This document shows, piece by piece, positions 13,625 through 25,300 of a DNA stretch of 64,000 bases. Numbering within the stretch: the stretch's first letter is position 1; each line of letters opens with the position of its first letter. The stretch is from Mytilus californianus. Lineage: Eukaryota. Below the pieces are notes generated by a model. The model ran no database searches. It had not been told where the DNA came from and saw only the letters and a list, made by a program, of their open reading frames with translations. The stretch spans positions 15,624,001 to 15,688,000 of the forward strand of contig NW_026262593.1 in assembly GCF_021869535.1 (NCBI RefSeq). Direction: 5' to 3'. The position numbers and the translations under genes are program-made.

Positions 13625-14240
13625 ACATTAATTCTTAAACTAGTTGTTGGCATTATACGAGTTATTTTCTTCTCATATATTTTATGACGGTATGATACTA
13701 AACCCCTCGCAGGAGGGATTGTGCTTGATTTTCATGTGATGAAGACATAATCTTTCAATCGGTTTAATTGAGGTCTGGATCTGGCATGTCAGTTACTGCT
13801 AGTAATCCTTTGTTAAGTTATGAATCATTGTCATTTTGCTTAGTTTCTTTTGTTACCTATTCTGACATCGGACTCGGACTTCTTTTAAACTGAGTTTTAC
13901 TGTGCGTATTGCTGTGTGTTTGTTTACTCTACATTGGCTAGCTATAGCGGTATAGGGGGAGGGTTGAGATCTCACAAAACATGTTTAACCCCGCCGCATT
14001 TTTCCGCCTGTCCCAAGTCAGGAGCCTCTGGCCTTTGTTAGTCTTGTATGTTTTGTTTTTTTAATTTCAAGTTTAGTGTGACGTCCATTTTTACTGAACT
14101 AGTATACATTTTTATTTAGGGGCCAGCTGAAGCCCGCCTCTGGTTGCGGGATTTTCCCGTTGTGTTGAAGACCCATTGGTGGCCTCGGGCTGTTTTCTGC
14201 TCTTTGGTTGGGTTGTTGTCTCTTTGACACATTCTACTTT
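13625..14240 (+). repeat. Related tail-family copy, different subfamily
   Basis: Shares the catgtttaaccccgcc..cctgtcccaagtcaggagcc core; ends ttgtctctttgacacattc. Confidence 0.7.
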
Positions 14241-15711
14241 TCCATTCTCAGTCTTAATTTCACCAATGAAACTTTACATTATTTTTTGCCTTCGTATTAA
14301 ATTAATTTGTAAACTTCTTGGAACTCTACAATGACCGTCTGATTACAATTAGACACGCAAGAATGTGAAATATGAAAACTTATTTGGCCTTCAATGCCTC
14401 AACCTTTTTTTATGTGGGTATCTTCTTTGTTCAGTAAGAATTCGATTTTGACAATTATTCTGCAAACTACCATAGATTTCCGGTAATTGTTCTGCATGAA
14501 ACCCCATGGGAAAGCACATTGGCATTATTTGCTAAACATTTATTGGAACCCAATAATTTGGCAAGGTGTTGCAACCTGTAATAAGAAGACGTGAATGAAA
14601 ATGCGGAGTTTGTAAGACCAGGCCCAAGCAAGCAGCCACTCGCTAGCAGCCACTTCGCTAGCAGCCAGTTTTCAGATATTTATATAAACCCAAATGTTGC
14701 ATCAGATTCAAACGTTCTTCAGATGTTTTTATTAATATATATTACCACTATATTGTCAGTTTTAAATATATAATTAAACAGTCAAAGACATTATTCAATG
14801 AATTTTAAAATTTCATTTCTTGTTCATTAATCATATAAATACAAAAGAAATCGCTTTCAATATATCACACAGCGTGCTGCACGCTTTACATTTTAAATAG
14901 TCAACACTTTTGAGTGTATATAGAATCGTAAATAATTATGAAATTATTTTAAATGTTGGCAAAATTGCACTATTGTGTGAAATAGCTTTCTATATTCTCG
15001 GCATCCTGTCAAATACTAGTAGTTCATGAAAAGTAACTATTGTTCTGCATTAGAAGAAAAGAAAGTTTCACTCGTGCTTTAACTTTTTTTTTTGACACAC
15101 AAAACTGTTTTGACAAAACATTCTACTTCTGAACCAGTGGATTTCGCTTACTTATGATTGGACGAAAGGTTTATTTTTTGTACTCAAAGTATGGTGGACA
15201 AGGAAACTATTTATTAGCTTAAAAAAAAATTATCCGTGCTATACCTAAACTAGGAATTTTGATCAAGTAGGCGCTAGATCTCTAGCTTACGTTTGCACCT
15301 AGTGCAGACAAAAGTATTGCCGTAGAATTTTCTATTATCTTTTCGGGAAGGGTTGGGTAGGGTTTCAGACCTCAACTTTGGACCTACTTTAGAAAAAAAA
15401 ACTAAGCCGAACAACACCCTGGATTTTTTCTACTGTAAACCTCAGCTACACAGCTTCCCTTTGCATCTAGTGCGGACAAAAGTATTACCGTAGACATTTT
15501 TTTATTAACTTTTCGGTAATGGTGTGGTAGGGTGGGTAGCTGAGGTCTACTTGAGAAAAAATCCAGGCTCAGTGTTTTTTTATAATGTAATAAGCTGGCA
15601 AATTATGAAAGCTAACGTCTTAATTGATAGGCATAGAAATAAAAAGAAAACGTATGATAACCAATAACAATCTACCGGAGACAAAATAACGTCGTTTTAG
15701 GTAACTGGTAC

Positions 15712-15961
15712 GATGGTCTGGATGCCGGGTTCTTCATTTCTGTATTCTTTGATATGTTATACCATTTTTCTATATTCTTTAATTAGTGTTTTAGGCCATT
15801 TATCTCTATTCTTTATTTCTTTTTAATTTTTGCCAATTATTTTGTTCTATTCATATTTAAACACCTCATTATTCTATTTTTTTATGTCTTGGCTCATTGT
15901 CTCTTTTATTTATATTTTTTGCCCACTATTCTCTGTTCCGTAAACACCCATCAACACCCTC
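15712..15961. mobile_element. Probable degraded MITE
   Basis: Imperfect inverted ends gatggtctggatgccgggtt / aaacacccatcaacaccctc around a T-rich core. Confidence 0.35.
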
Positions 15962-16164
15962 CGGTTAAGGTCACCATATAACTTTCACAAATAAGCAAAA
16001 CTAATACCGAATAGGCTCCGAATGGCAAAATGATTGAATGCTAATCCCGGTTTGATTTGTGAAATTGCGCAAATTTGTTTTTCAATCAATTGATCAAGCA
16101 AAACACATTATCGTCCTGAATGTTCCTATAATACTGGCAGATGGACCTTGGTCATCAATTCTAA

Positions 16165-17110
16165 TCATCTTAGATCAACCTTTCTAAACTTAAAAGTAAT
16201 TAAAGATCACGCACCCTAATTGTTCAGATTGATAAAGACTTTTGCATCCGTCGACATTAACTTCAATTTAAATACGATAGATCTGATAACCGCTGTGCAT
16301 GTATACTTTAAAGACTGGGCTAGTTTTCTTATCAGTTTTATAAGTAGTAACCTCCCTTGTTAATGTGATGTTGTAATCTATCTATCTATTTGTACCATCT
16401 TTATATAATATTATATTGTACAATTTAGATTTATGATTCGTTTAATATTTAAATATAATAATTTTTTTTTAGTAAAGATATAAACAAGGTAATTTGAAAG
16501 GCTTTGATTTATTTATCACCTTAGTTCAATTCATAAGTCAGGCGGTCTATTTTGTCTACATTATGTTGAAAGAACACCGGGTGTTTACATTGGCCTTATT
16601 TACTATCAATGACTGTGAAACAAGAAAGGAAAACATTGTACATAATAAAACGAGAAATAATTAAAATTACATACAAAATTCATCATTAGTGAAATCAAAA
16701 ACGAAAAACGGAAACAATTTTCATTTTCATTTTGGTTTTTGAGAAATCAAAAACAAAAATTGAAAACACTTTCGTTTTCCGTTTTGGTTTAAGAGAAATC
16801 AAAAACGAAAAACGAAAACACTTTTGTTTTTTCATTTTTGTTTTTGAGAAATCAAAAATGAAAAATGAAAACACTCTCGTTCTTTGTTTTTTGTTTTTGA
16901 TATTTCAAAACGAAAAACGAATGGACACAAATATACACGGACCGATATAGTCATTATAGAGGCTCTCTATATAATATTAGTGACAGCCGCGGATAGTAAA
17001 CTTTGAATTGATAGTAAATGGCAAATACACTTTATTTATAGTATATGTATGATATTGGTTTACAGAAAAACGCGAAAATTGTCCTGTCCCCAAGTACTTA
17101 TGAAAATTAT
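16165..17110 (-). repeat. Inverted copy of the 8326-9385 element
   Basis: Reverse-complement alignment, including the flank beyond ggtccgtg. Confidence 0.8.
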
Positions 17111-19201
17111 GTGTAATTTTAAAAACAGTCCAAAACGGAAGTCTTGTCCATGACTTAAATGTTTTATAATATTCGGACGCCTTTATTTTCGTTTTTCTCT
17201 CAAAATAACCCAAACTGAATAATCATAGGCGAGGATGACAAATGTTACTATGCATGGCACCTATAGGACACAGAGGTATGAGCGAGGTTAGTTCTATAGA
17301 ATCTATCGAAGGATAGAAATCGGCATTGCACAGGGTCATGCTTATTTACACTCGATCTAATAGAGATTGTTGTCTTCTTCTTTTGGTTCTGCTAAAACAA
17401 CCTTGTTCTTGCCAAAAAAACTTTTTTATCTTTTCAAAAGTTAACACTATTCGAGGGATGTACTAGTGTCATGTGGAATGTTGAAGGTTTTAAAAGAGAA
17501 TTTTGTAATTTCTTTGGAACAACTTTCTAATGACAAACAAAAAAAAACAGATTTGTACTTTACTGCAGAAGAATGGTTGATTTTTGTTTGCTTTACTTCA
17601 AGTAGCAAATATTATACTAGTATCCATACTATAGAACAAACTAATAATCAATGCAGAAGGTAAGTTTGGTCGAGCTGGATGAAGGTCAAGAATTTCGACT
17701 GCTACTGTAAAATTCGAGTATGTTGGAAAATGAGCAAAAAATTGGCCAAGAAACAAACAATTTACAAACCCCTCAAAGAGTTTTCGCAAAGGTATTTTCA
17801 CACTTAGACAGCTTAATACTCTACCATCCCAGTGGATAGGATTTAATGTTTATTTATGCATAGACATACTACCCGTTTTAGCAAGGGTAACACTGCCGGA
17901 CGGAGGAGGTCCAAAGGGTGATCACATTTTAATACCTTAGTTAACCCGTATGGTCTGGATGAATGACTTCGTCTGTATAATCGTTTAAGGGCTGTTTCTT
18001 TTTAAATTAAGCGACTATTTTAACTAAACATGTTACGTTTTAAAGTAGCATTTTGACTAGAAAACATAGCATAGCTTTCTGACTATTTTGGTTAATATGC
18101 ATGATGATGTTGCGAGCGGGAAACAGTACAGCGGGTACATATTTTGTCTAATCAACACCGGTACTTCCTACAATCTTAAACTCAGGTTCTTAAACTTCAT
18201 AAACAGGATTTTATACAAATTGAAGTTGGCGTCTACTGTCAGAGTGTTGTTTTGAGCCCTTTTCATAAATTTTAAAGTAAGTAATTTTTCAGCAAAACTT
18301 TAAAAAAAACGGTGCTGATTTTGTTTAATATACCTCGTTTATAAAGTTTTTAATCTGATCCATTCAATGTTACTTAAAGATTGCAAAGATAGTGAAGTTG
18401 TGCATCGGTGATGAAATTGTTTGAGGATTTTAAATCTTTAATCTATTTTTGCCAGGTTTGGTATTTTATTGTTGTTTGCTTAACGTTCAAAGGCAAATAT
18501 GTAATGCATTTTTACGACAAGAACATAATAGCAATTGATAAAATATGTAGGCTATCCTTAAATTCAATGCGCTTATATTCTATTTGTGTTTGAGCATCTG
18601 CCAAACATGTTTCAGAAATGATTAAATAAATCTAAGAAATTTCAGAAAAAGGCGTTTTTTATGAACACCATATTCACAACAAATCTATGATGGATTTATT
18701 TACTAACAAGAACTGTCATAAAAAGACCGACATTGTCACTGCAAAAGACAGGAATGATATAATCATTTAATCAACCGCTTGCAACATCGAAACAGTGCAT
18801 AATGATTTGTCTCAACGGTAAATGTAAATTTTTTTGGACATTTTCTTGAGACCTGTAAATTATATCCTAATTGTTGTGATTTTTTTCATATGTGTCCAGC
18901 AAGCGTATCTTATCTCTTTTAACCATGTTAACCTGTACGACTTATATAAAATAAACTTTCATAAATATTGAGCACATCATTCATACATCTGTGTTATAAG
19001 CTAATTTTTATTATCAAATATTGGTACATTTTAAGGCATGCGTATGGACATAATGTATTCTCAACAAATAAGTACAGAAAACAACTAGCAACATTCCTTC
19101 GTTTAAATGTTAGAATTTTGTATATTAAGGTAACGTCACAATCTCGCATTACATTATCTTTCTTCAATAAACATGTAGAACCATTTGTAGTTTTGGTAGT
19201 A

Positions 19202-19368
19202 CTAAGTGGTTGATTTCTTTTGTTTAAATTTTCTATCCCTATTGCAGGTGGTACAGTCCAGTAACATTATTAATCCAATCACTGAGATTATAAAAGCTCC
19301 ACCAATTATTCCCATGACCTTAGATGATGTTCGTTCATCTGGAGCACTCGTCAGCGATCTCATGTACT
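19202..19368 (-). CDS. Gene A terminal exon (LTSAPDERTSSK + TM VMGIIGGAFIISVIGLIMLL + basic tail, TAG)
   Basis: Acceptor tttttgttag|, phase 1, hydrophobic 20-aa stretch followed by DCTTCNRDRKFKQKKSTT*. AATAAA on the minus strand at 19007-19012. Confidence 0.9.
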
Positions 19369-22300
19369 CTAACAAAAATTATATTAATGTAATTATAAGC
19401 AAAGAAATATTGTGTGCTTTTCATTTTCGTTTTGCATTACTATTTGTGTTTTCTGTTGTGTTACTTGTACTGTATGGTTCAAGGGATATTTTTAAAAGCA
19501 TCGACAGTGATATGTATACTTTGTTTTATAGCTTTCAAAAATTTTGTATGACTATAAAATAGATTTGTTAGATGAACTAAATTACAATAGACACATAAAT
19601 ACGGCATCTTAACGTCACCATCAGCGTTAAACTCCGCTATTGAAAAAAAAAACAATTGATCCTTTTGCAGGTTTATTTGCTGAAACTCGTTTTAAGCGTT
19701 CTTGACCTACATGTACTTAGATTCGTCCGACTCGGGTTGACTAGAGTTATAAAACCAGTGTTAATGCGCATGTGCGCAACCTTCCCGAATCGAAGTGAAA
19801 ACTTGACTCGAGTTCCTCAAAATGATAGATATAAATATAGCAGGAGTTGTTAATTTTCTTTTTATGGACGTCGACAATAAACTTTATGTTCAAATATGTA
19901 ACATAATTAAATAAAAAATTCTATCATTTAATCATTTCTAGTTATAACCAGGCTATTAAATTCATTTAAAAAAATTATCTTGCCCCGTCTTGCTCTTAGT
20001 AAACATGGTAAAAGGAATGTATTTTCGTAATACTTTCACATTTTTAATACTCTTAGCAACTCAAAATCCCAAAAGTTATATTGATAAACATCACCGACAG
20101 TATTTACACACGAAAAATAATTATTCAATGCCAAAAAACAACAACAAAATTTCACTTAACAGCCCCTACTTTGGATGTATTTTGTATCATACTCTTCTTT
20201 GCTTTTCTTGTTTGTAGCCATTTTGTAACTCTACTTAACCTACCTCAACACAGGGTTGATGTCGAGTAAACTCGGATAGGTTCAAAGGTCAAACCCCAAA
20301 AAGGGGTGTTGGAAAATACGCAAAGTACTGACATTGAACTATAGTAACGTTATAGCCATAACGCTGTAGTTAATGACTTTATTGTATAGATTTCAAAACT
20401 ATCACGACGATTAAACGTATTTTGCAATCATAACGTATTTATTGAGATTCTGCAACATTTAATGGTGCCGTGAACAGGGTATGAATTCAAAGCTGAAGTC
20501 AGTTCGTGCTGGACACAAAGGAACCGTCACGAAGCTACTGTCAAAATTCGATGAGTTGAAATCTAACATAAATACAGAAGTTGACGAAGTTAACGCTCTC
20601 GATGATGCGGTCTCACAGAAACAGAAAACATTGATTGCCTTTAATAGCAGACTCTTAGATCAAACGTCGGAGGATAATCTAGAACAGGAAATCACGGACT
20701 CATGTGAGAATATGTATGAACTAGTTTGCAAGGTTAGGCAGATTTATCAAGTCCTTAGAAACAAACACTAAAACGTTACACAATAATGTTGATCCTTCAA
20801 CAAACAGACTTAACGCAAACGTATATAATTTCACGCCCGAGGTCAGAGTTGATATGAACACTTGTGCAACAGATTCTATGAACGAGCAGTATTCAATTCA
20901 CGCACCTGCAGTACATACCCGCCCATCAGAGAATATTATATATCAATTCCCGTCAGAGATCGTCAAAAAGTAATTACCATAGGCTTTCTAAGTTAGACTT
21001 GCCCTATTTTAATGGAGATATACTCAAGTGGCAGACATATTGGGATTGTTTCGAGTCATCTATACATCTTAATGATACTTTAACGCCAATCCAAAAGAAA
21101 AATTATCTTAAAGCCCAGCTTTATGGAAGCGCCGCGCAATTAATAGAGGAATTCGCTAAGACTAATGCAAATTACGAAATCGCAGTCAACCTTCTTACAG
21201 ATCGTTACGGACAATTTAGTAAACTGATCCATGCTTACATGAAAGCACTCATGAACCTATCCGCACCGACAAATGATGTATACAGCTTGAGGTCTTACGG
21301 AGACAAACTAAAATCAGAGGATTAAAGTCACTTGGTCAAACACCAGTGATGTATATATCGCTTTTGGTCCTAGTTGTTTTTGACAAATTACCGAATGAAA
21401 TTAGGAAATCTATTGCGCGAGGACACGGGAGAGATAATTTGATCTTGGAAAAGCTACGCAAATCGATAACTAGAGAGGTTGATATACTCGAAGCAGGACA
21501 AAGAGTCACGGAATCAGACAGATTGCACACCACTGCATTTTTCATCGGTTCGAAACTAACTTCACGATCATACAAAAAGGGCAAATTAACAGACACACGA
21601 AAGAAGGTAAATACACGCATATGTATTATTTGTTCAGGTGAGCACTTTCCGACAAAGTGCACTGAAGTTACAGACTCAAACACAAGAAATCAAATTGTCA
21701 AACAGAAACAGTTATGTTTCAACTGTTTAGGGTCACACCAAGTGGCCGCATGAAAGTCTATAAAACGATGTAAATAGTGTAGCGGAATGCATCATACAAG
21801 CATATGTAAAGGAAAAAGGTCAATACAGACACGACACAGGAACCGAAAATATAGCAGACAGCTATCAACGTGGTTGAAACTACAGACAAAACTAGTGTAA
21901 TGTATGCATCATAACAAAGTCACGACATTCTCCTTAAAACAGCAATTGCACCAGTTATATATAACGACCAAGGAGTAGAATCTTACATCTTATTTGCTCT
22001 TCAACTGTTTCGCTTTTTATACATCCTCGGCTTTCAAATATTCGGCTTTGAGCGTTCTTGATGAAGGTAAATCCAGAAAAGCGCTTCGAACGCATGAAAT
22101 TTTTTAACGTGTTGTTTTCATATTTTATTTGACGAGGGAACACAGCGTTCTTTCATAACGCAAAAAATAGCGGATAAATTGGAAATAAAACCGACTCATT
22201 GTTCCACAAAATTCCGTCCCGATTCAGAGCAAGATTTTACAGACTACAAGGAGTTTGCCACACTTGAGATAACACAGTGGAAAACGTATTGAAATCGACC

Positions 22301-25300
22301 TAATAATAGGCGCGGACTACTATTAGGACATTATCGAGTACCATATTATTAGAGGAAAAGGACAAACAGCTGTACAGTCAAAGATCGGATATTTATTATG
22401 AGGACCTATCAATAGAAACATCCACCAGCCTTAAACATCTACAGTTTTTTTAAAACGTCATTTCATCCCATCAATAGGAGGAGACAGAGATTGAAAAGTT
22501 CTGGACACTTGAGTCAATAGGAATCAATACATGTAAAAACAAGGAGAACACCAACTATTGACAGACCTACCACAACACAGCTATTGACTATGAGAACGGA
22601 AAGTACACGGCAAAGTTGCCATGGAAACTAGATCATCCAGATTTGCCTTCAAATATGGCCGTTGCTAAAGGTATGACCGAAAATATAATTAGACGCCTAA
22701 ACCGGGAGCCACATTTACCATACAAATACAGTGAAATAATCAATGAACAAGAAAAGAAAGGATTTATAGAGAGGATTTCAGATACGTTAGATGATAATAA
22801 CAAACGTATGATTCACTACATTACGATTGCAGTTGTAAACCACAGCAAGATTTACCCAGCTTAAACGACTGCTTAATATCAACGCCACTCAATCTAAATG
22901 ACTTAACCAAAATACTAATCCGATTCAGAATAGGGAAATACGGTATCAGTACAGACACTGAATAGGTCTTTTTACAGATATGACTTGACATGAAGGATCG
23001 TGACGCTACATGTTTCTTTTGGCTAGCTGACCCAATCGACCCACCTGGCAATCTTACAACTTACAGGTTTAAATCGATATTGTTTGGTGCAACATGCTCA
23101 CGATTTATTTTAAACGCCACTCTACTTAAGCACTTGAAAGAAAAGGAAAATAGTACAAAACAAACGATGAAAGGGGACTTACAACTGCAATCGTACACAA
23201 TACGAATGGGGGTAATCTCAGAATCTTTTTTTCACAGGGTGGTGAGGAATGTAGTGAACCATACGTTTGTTATTATCATCTTTTGTTTCTATAAATTACT
23301 TAAAACCTTAACTAATTCTTCCCTAGATGTAAAGCTTTGGTTTTGAAGTTTGGTTGTACCTGCCGAAAACTTATTTCAAAAAGAATAGCACATCATCGTT
23401 TTTACGGAGATGTTGTTTCCCGAGCCCGGAAATTTAGAAACAATCCGGGTAAACTTATCGATCCTTCAAATAAACTTATTCTAAAAGGTTACCAATTCAA
23501 CGCTGTAATTAGATCTTTGATTATTATTTTTATTGGATTAATATTAATTTTGTTATCAGTAAATTAAAATTAAACTAAAATTTATTTTTATATACATATG
23601 CACATTCATGGCTCTACAATCTATCGATACCTGTATCTTGGAATTGCACAAGGTCATGTTTTTCTCTTACTGTTTAAGACGTCTTTGCACTAAATCCTAA
23701 ATCCATTGGATTTTGGATGTGTACTGATTGATATTTTAGTCTTAAATGCATGATTTTTGTATTAGTTGTTATTGACTTTGAACTTTCTGTCAGTAACTGC
23801 GAGTACTCTCAGATCTGTACTTTTTGTTGTGGGGATTGTAAGTACCCTGCCATGTCCACTTTGTGTTTTTGTTAGATATATTTCTATTTGTATCCATCTA
23901 ATGAGTTAAGCCCTTTTCAACTGGTTTTTATAGTTTGTTCTTATGTTGTACTGTTACACCACTGTCCGAGGTTAGGGGAGGGCTGGCGCCTCCAAACGAG
24001 TTTGACCCCGCCACATTCTGATCGTGCCTGTCCCAAGTCAGGAGCCTGTAATTTAGTGGTTGTCGTTTGTTGCTGTTTAATATATTTGTTTTTCGTTCAT
24101 TCTTTTGTACATAAATAAGGCCGTTAGTTTTCTCATTTGAATTGTTTTACATTTGTCATTTCGGGGCCTACAATTGCTGACTATGCGGTATGGGCTTTGT
24201 TGAAGGCCGTACGTTGACCTATAGTTGTTAATTTCTGTGTGATTTGGTTTCTTGTGGAGAGTTGTCTCATTTGCAATCTTACCACATCTTCTTATTTTTA
24301 TATTATATGTAGACAACATTCTGTCAAGTGTTAAGACTAATGACGAAGCCATGACGTATTTAAAAGATTCCAGAGATGTCATGTCAAAGAGAAGAATCAA
24401 TTTGCGATCGTGCGTGGAGCTCAAACTGCAGTGATTTAACAGAAATTGCTAAAAAGGAAATTTAGCCGACAAGAACAGTACGGTGAAAATTTTAAGAATG
24501 ATATGGAACACTGAAAAAGACACAATTTCTTTTCATAAGGTAAACGTAACAGATATTAAGAAACCAAAAATTACGAAACATGAGATACTCAAGCAATCAT
24601 CTCTAATCTACGATCCCATGGGAATACTTTCGCCAGTGTCCGTTAGGGCCAAAATCTTAATGCAGGACCTCTAATTTTGAGTGGGATGAGCCACTCCCGT
24701 TAAACGTACAACAACAATTGATGGCATTAGTTTGAGACTTAGAACTATCGACAAACACTGAGTAACCGAGACAGTTTGTAACTAAGTGTACAGATGAACA
24801 AAAACAGTTACATGTTTTCGTTGATGCTAGACAGAGAGCCTATATGGATCAGTTGTTTATATGACAAACGGACAGCAGTCAACATTAGTATTTGCTAAGA
24901 GTCGTGTTGAACCTATAAAGACATTGACATTATCACAGCTGGAACTAATGGCCGCTGTGAGTGGAGCTAGAATTGCAGCACATGTAGGATCAGCTTTATC
25001 AATAAACAAAATCACGTACTGGTCGGACAGTCAAATAGTGCTACACTAGTTAACAACGACTAAACATCTGAAAACAATCATACCAAAACGAGATCCCTGG
25101 TTTGGCGGTTGGTGTAAGCGCTTAATAGGACTAACAAAAATGTGATAACGAAAACTTCTTGGAAGATCGTACATTACATTGGAGGATTACCAAACAATAG
25201 TCACCTAAATTGAAGCCGTTTTGAAAGATCGACCTTTAACTTATGTGTTTGCTGACATCGAGGATCAGGAACCTTTGACGCAATTGAACCTGCTATATTG

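Noticed and set aside
8617-16943. 8.3-kb foldback transposon with 760-bp TIRs and a GATATA TSD
   Set aside because: Inverted similarity continues outside the putative ends (8440-8600 vs 16950-17110), so both arms look like copies of one longer element and the GATATA match is probably coincidental.
17550-17665. Plus-strand exon ending gcagaag|gtaagt
   Set aside because: Good donor, but no recognisable coding content or partner exons.
19206-19562. Plus-strand 118-aa ORF
   Set aside because: It is the antisense shadow of the terminal exon of gene A.
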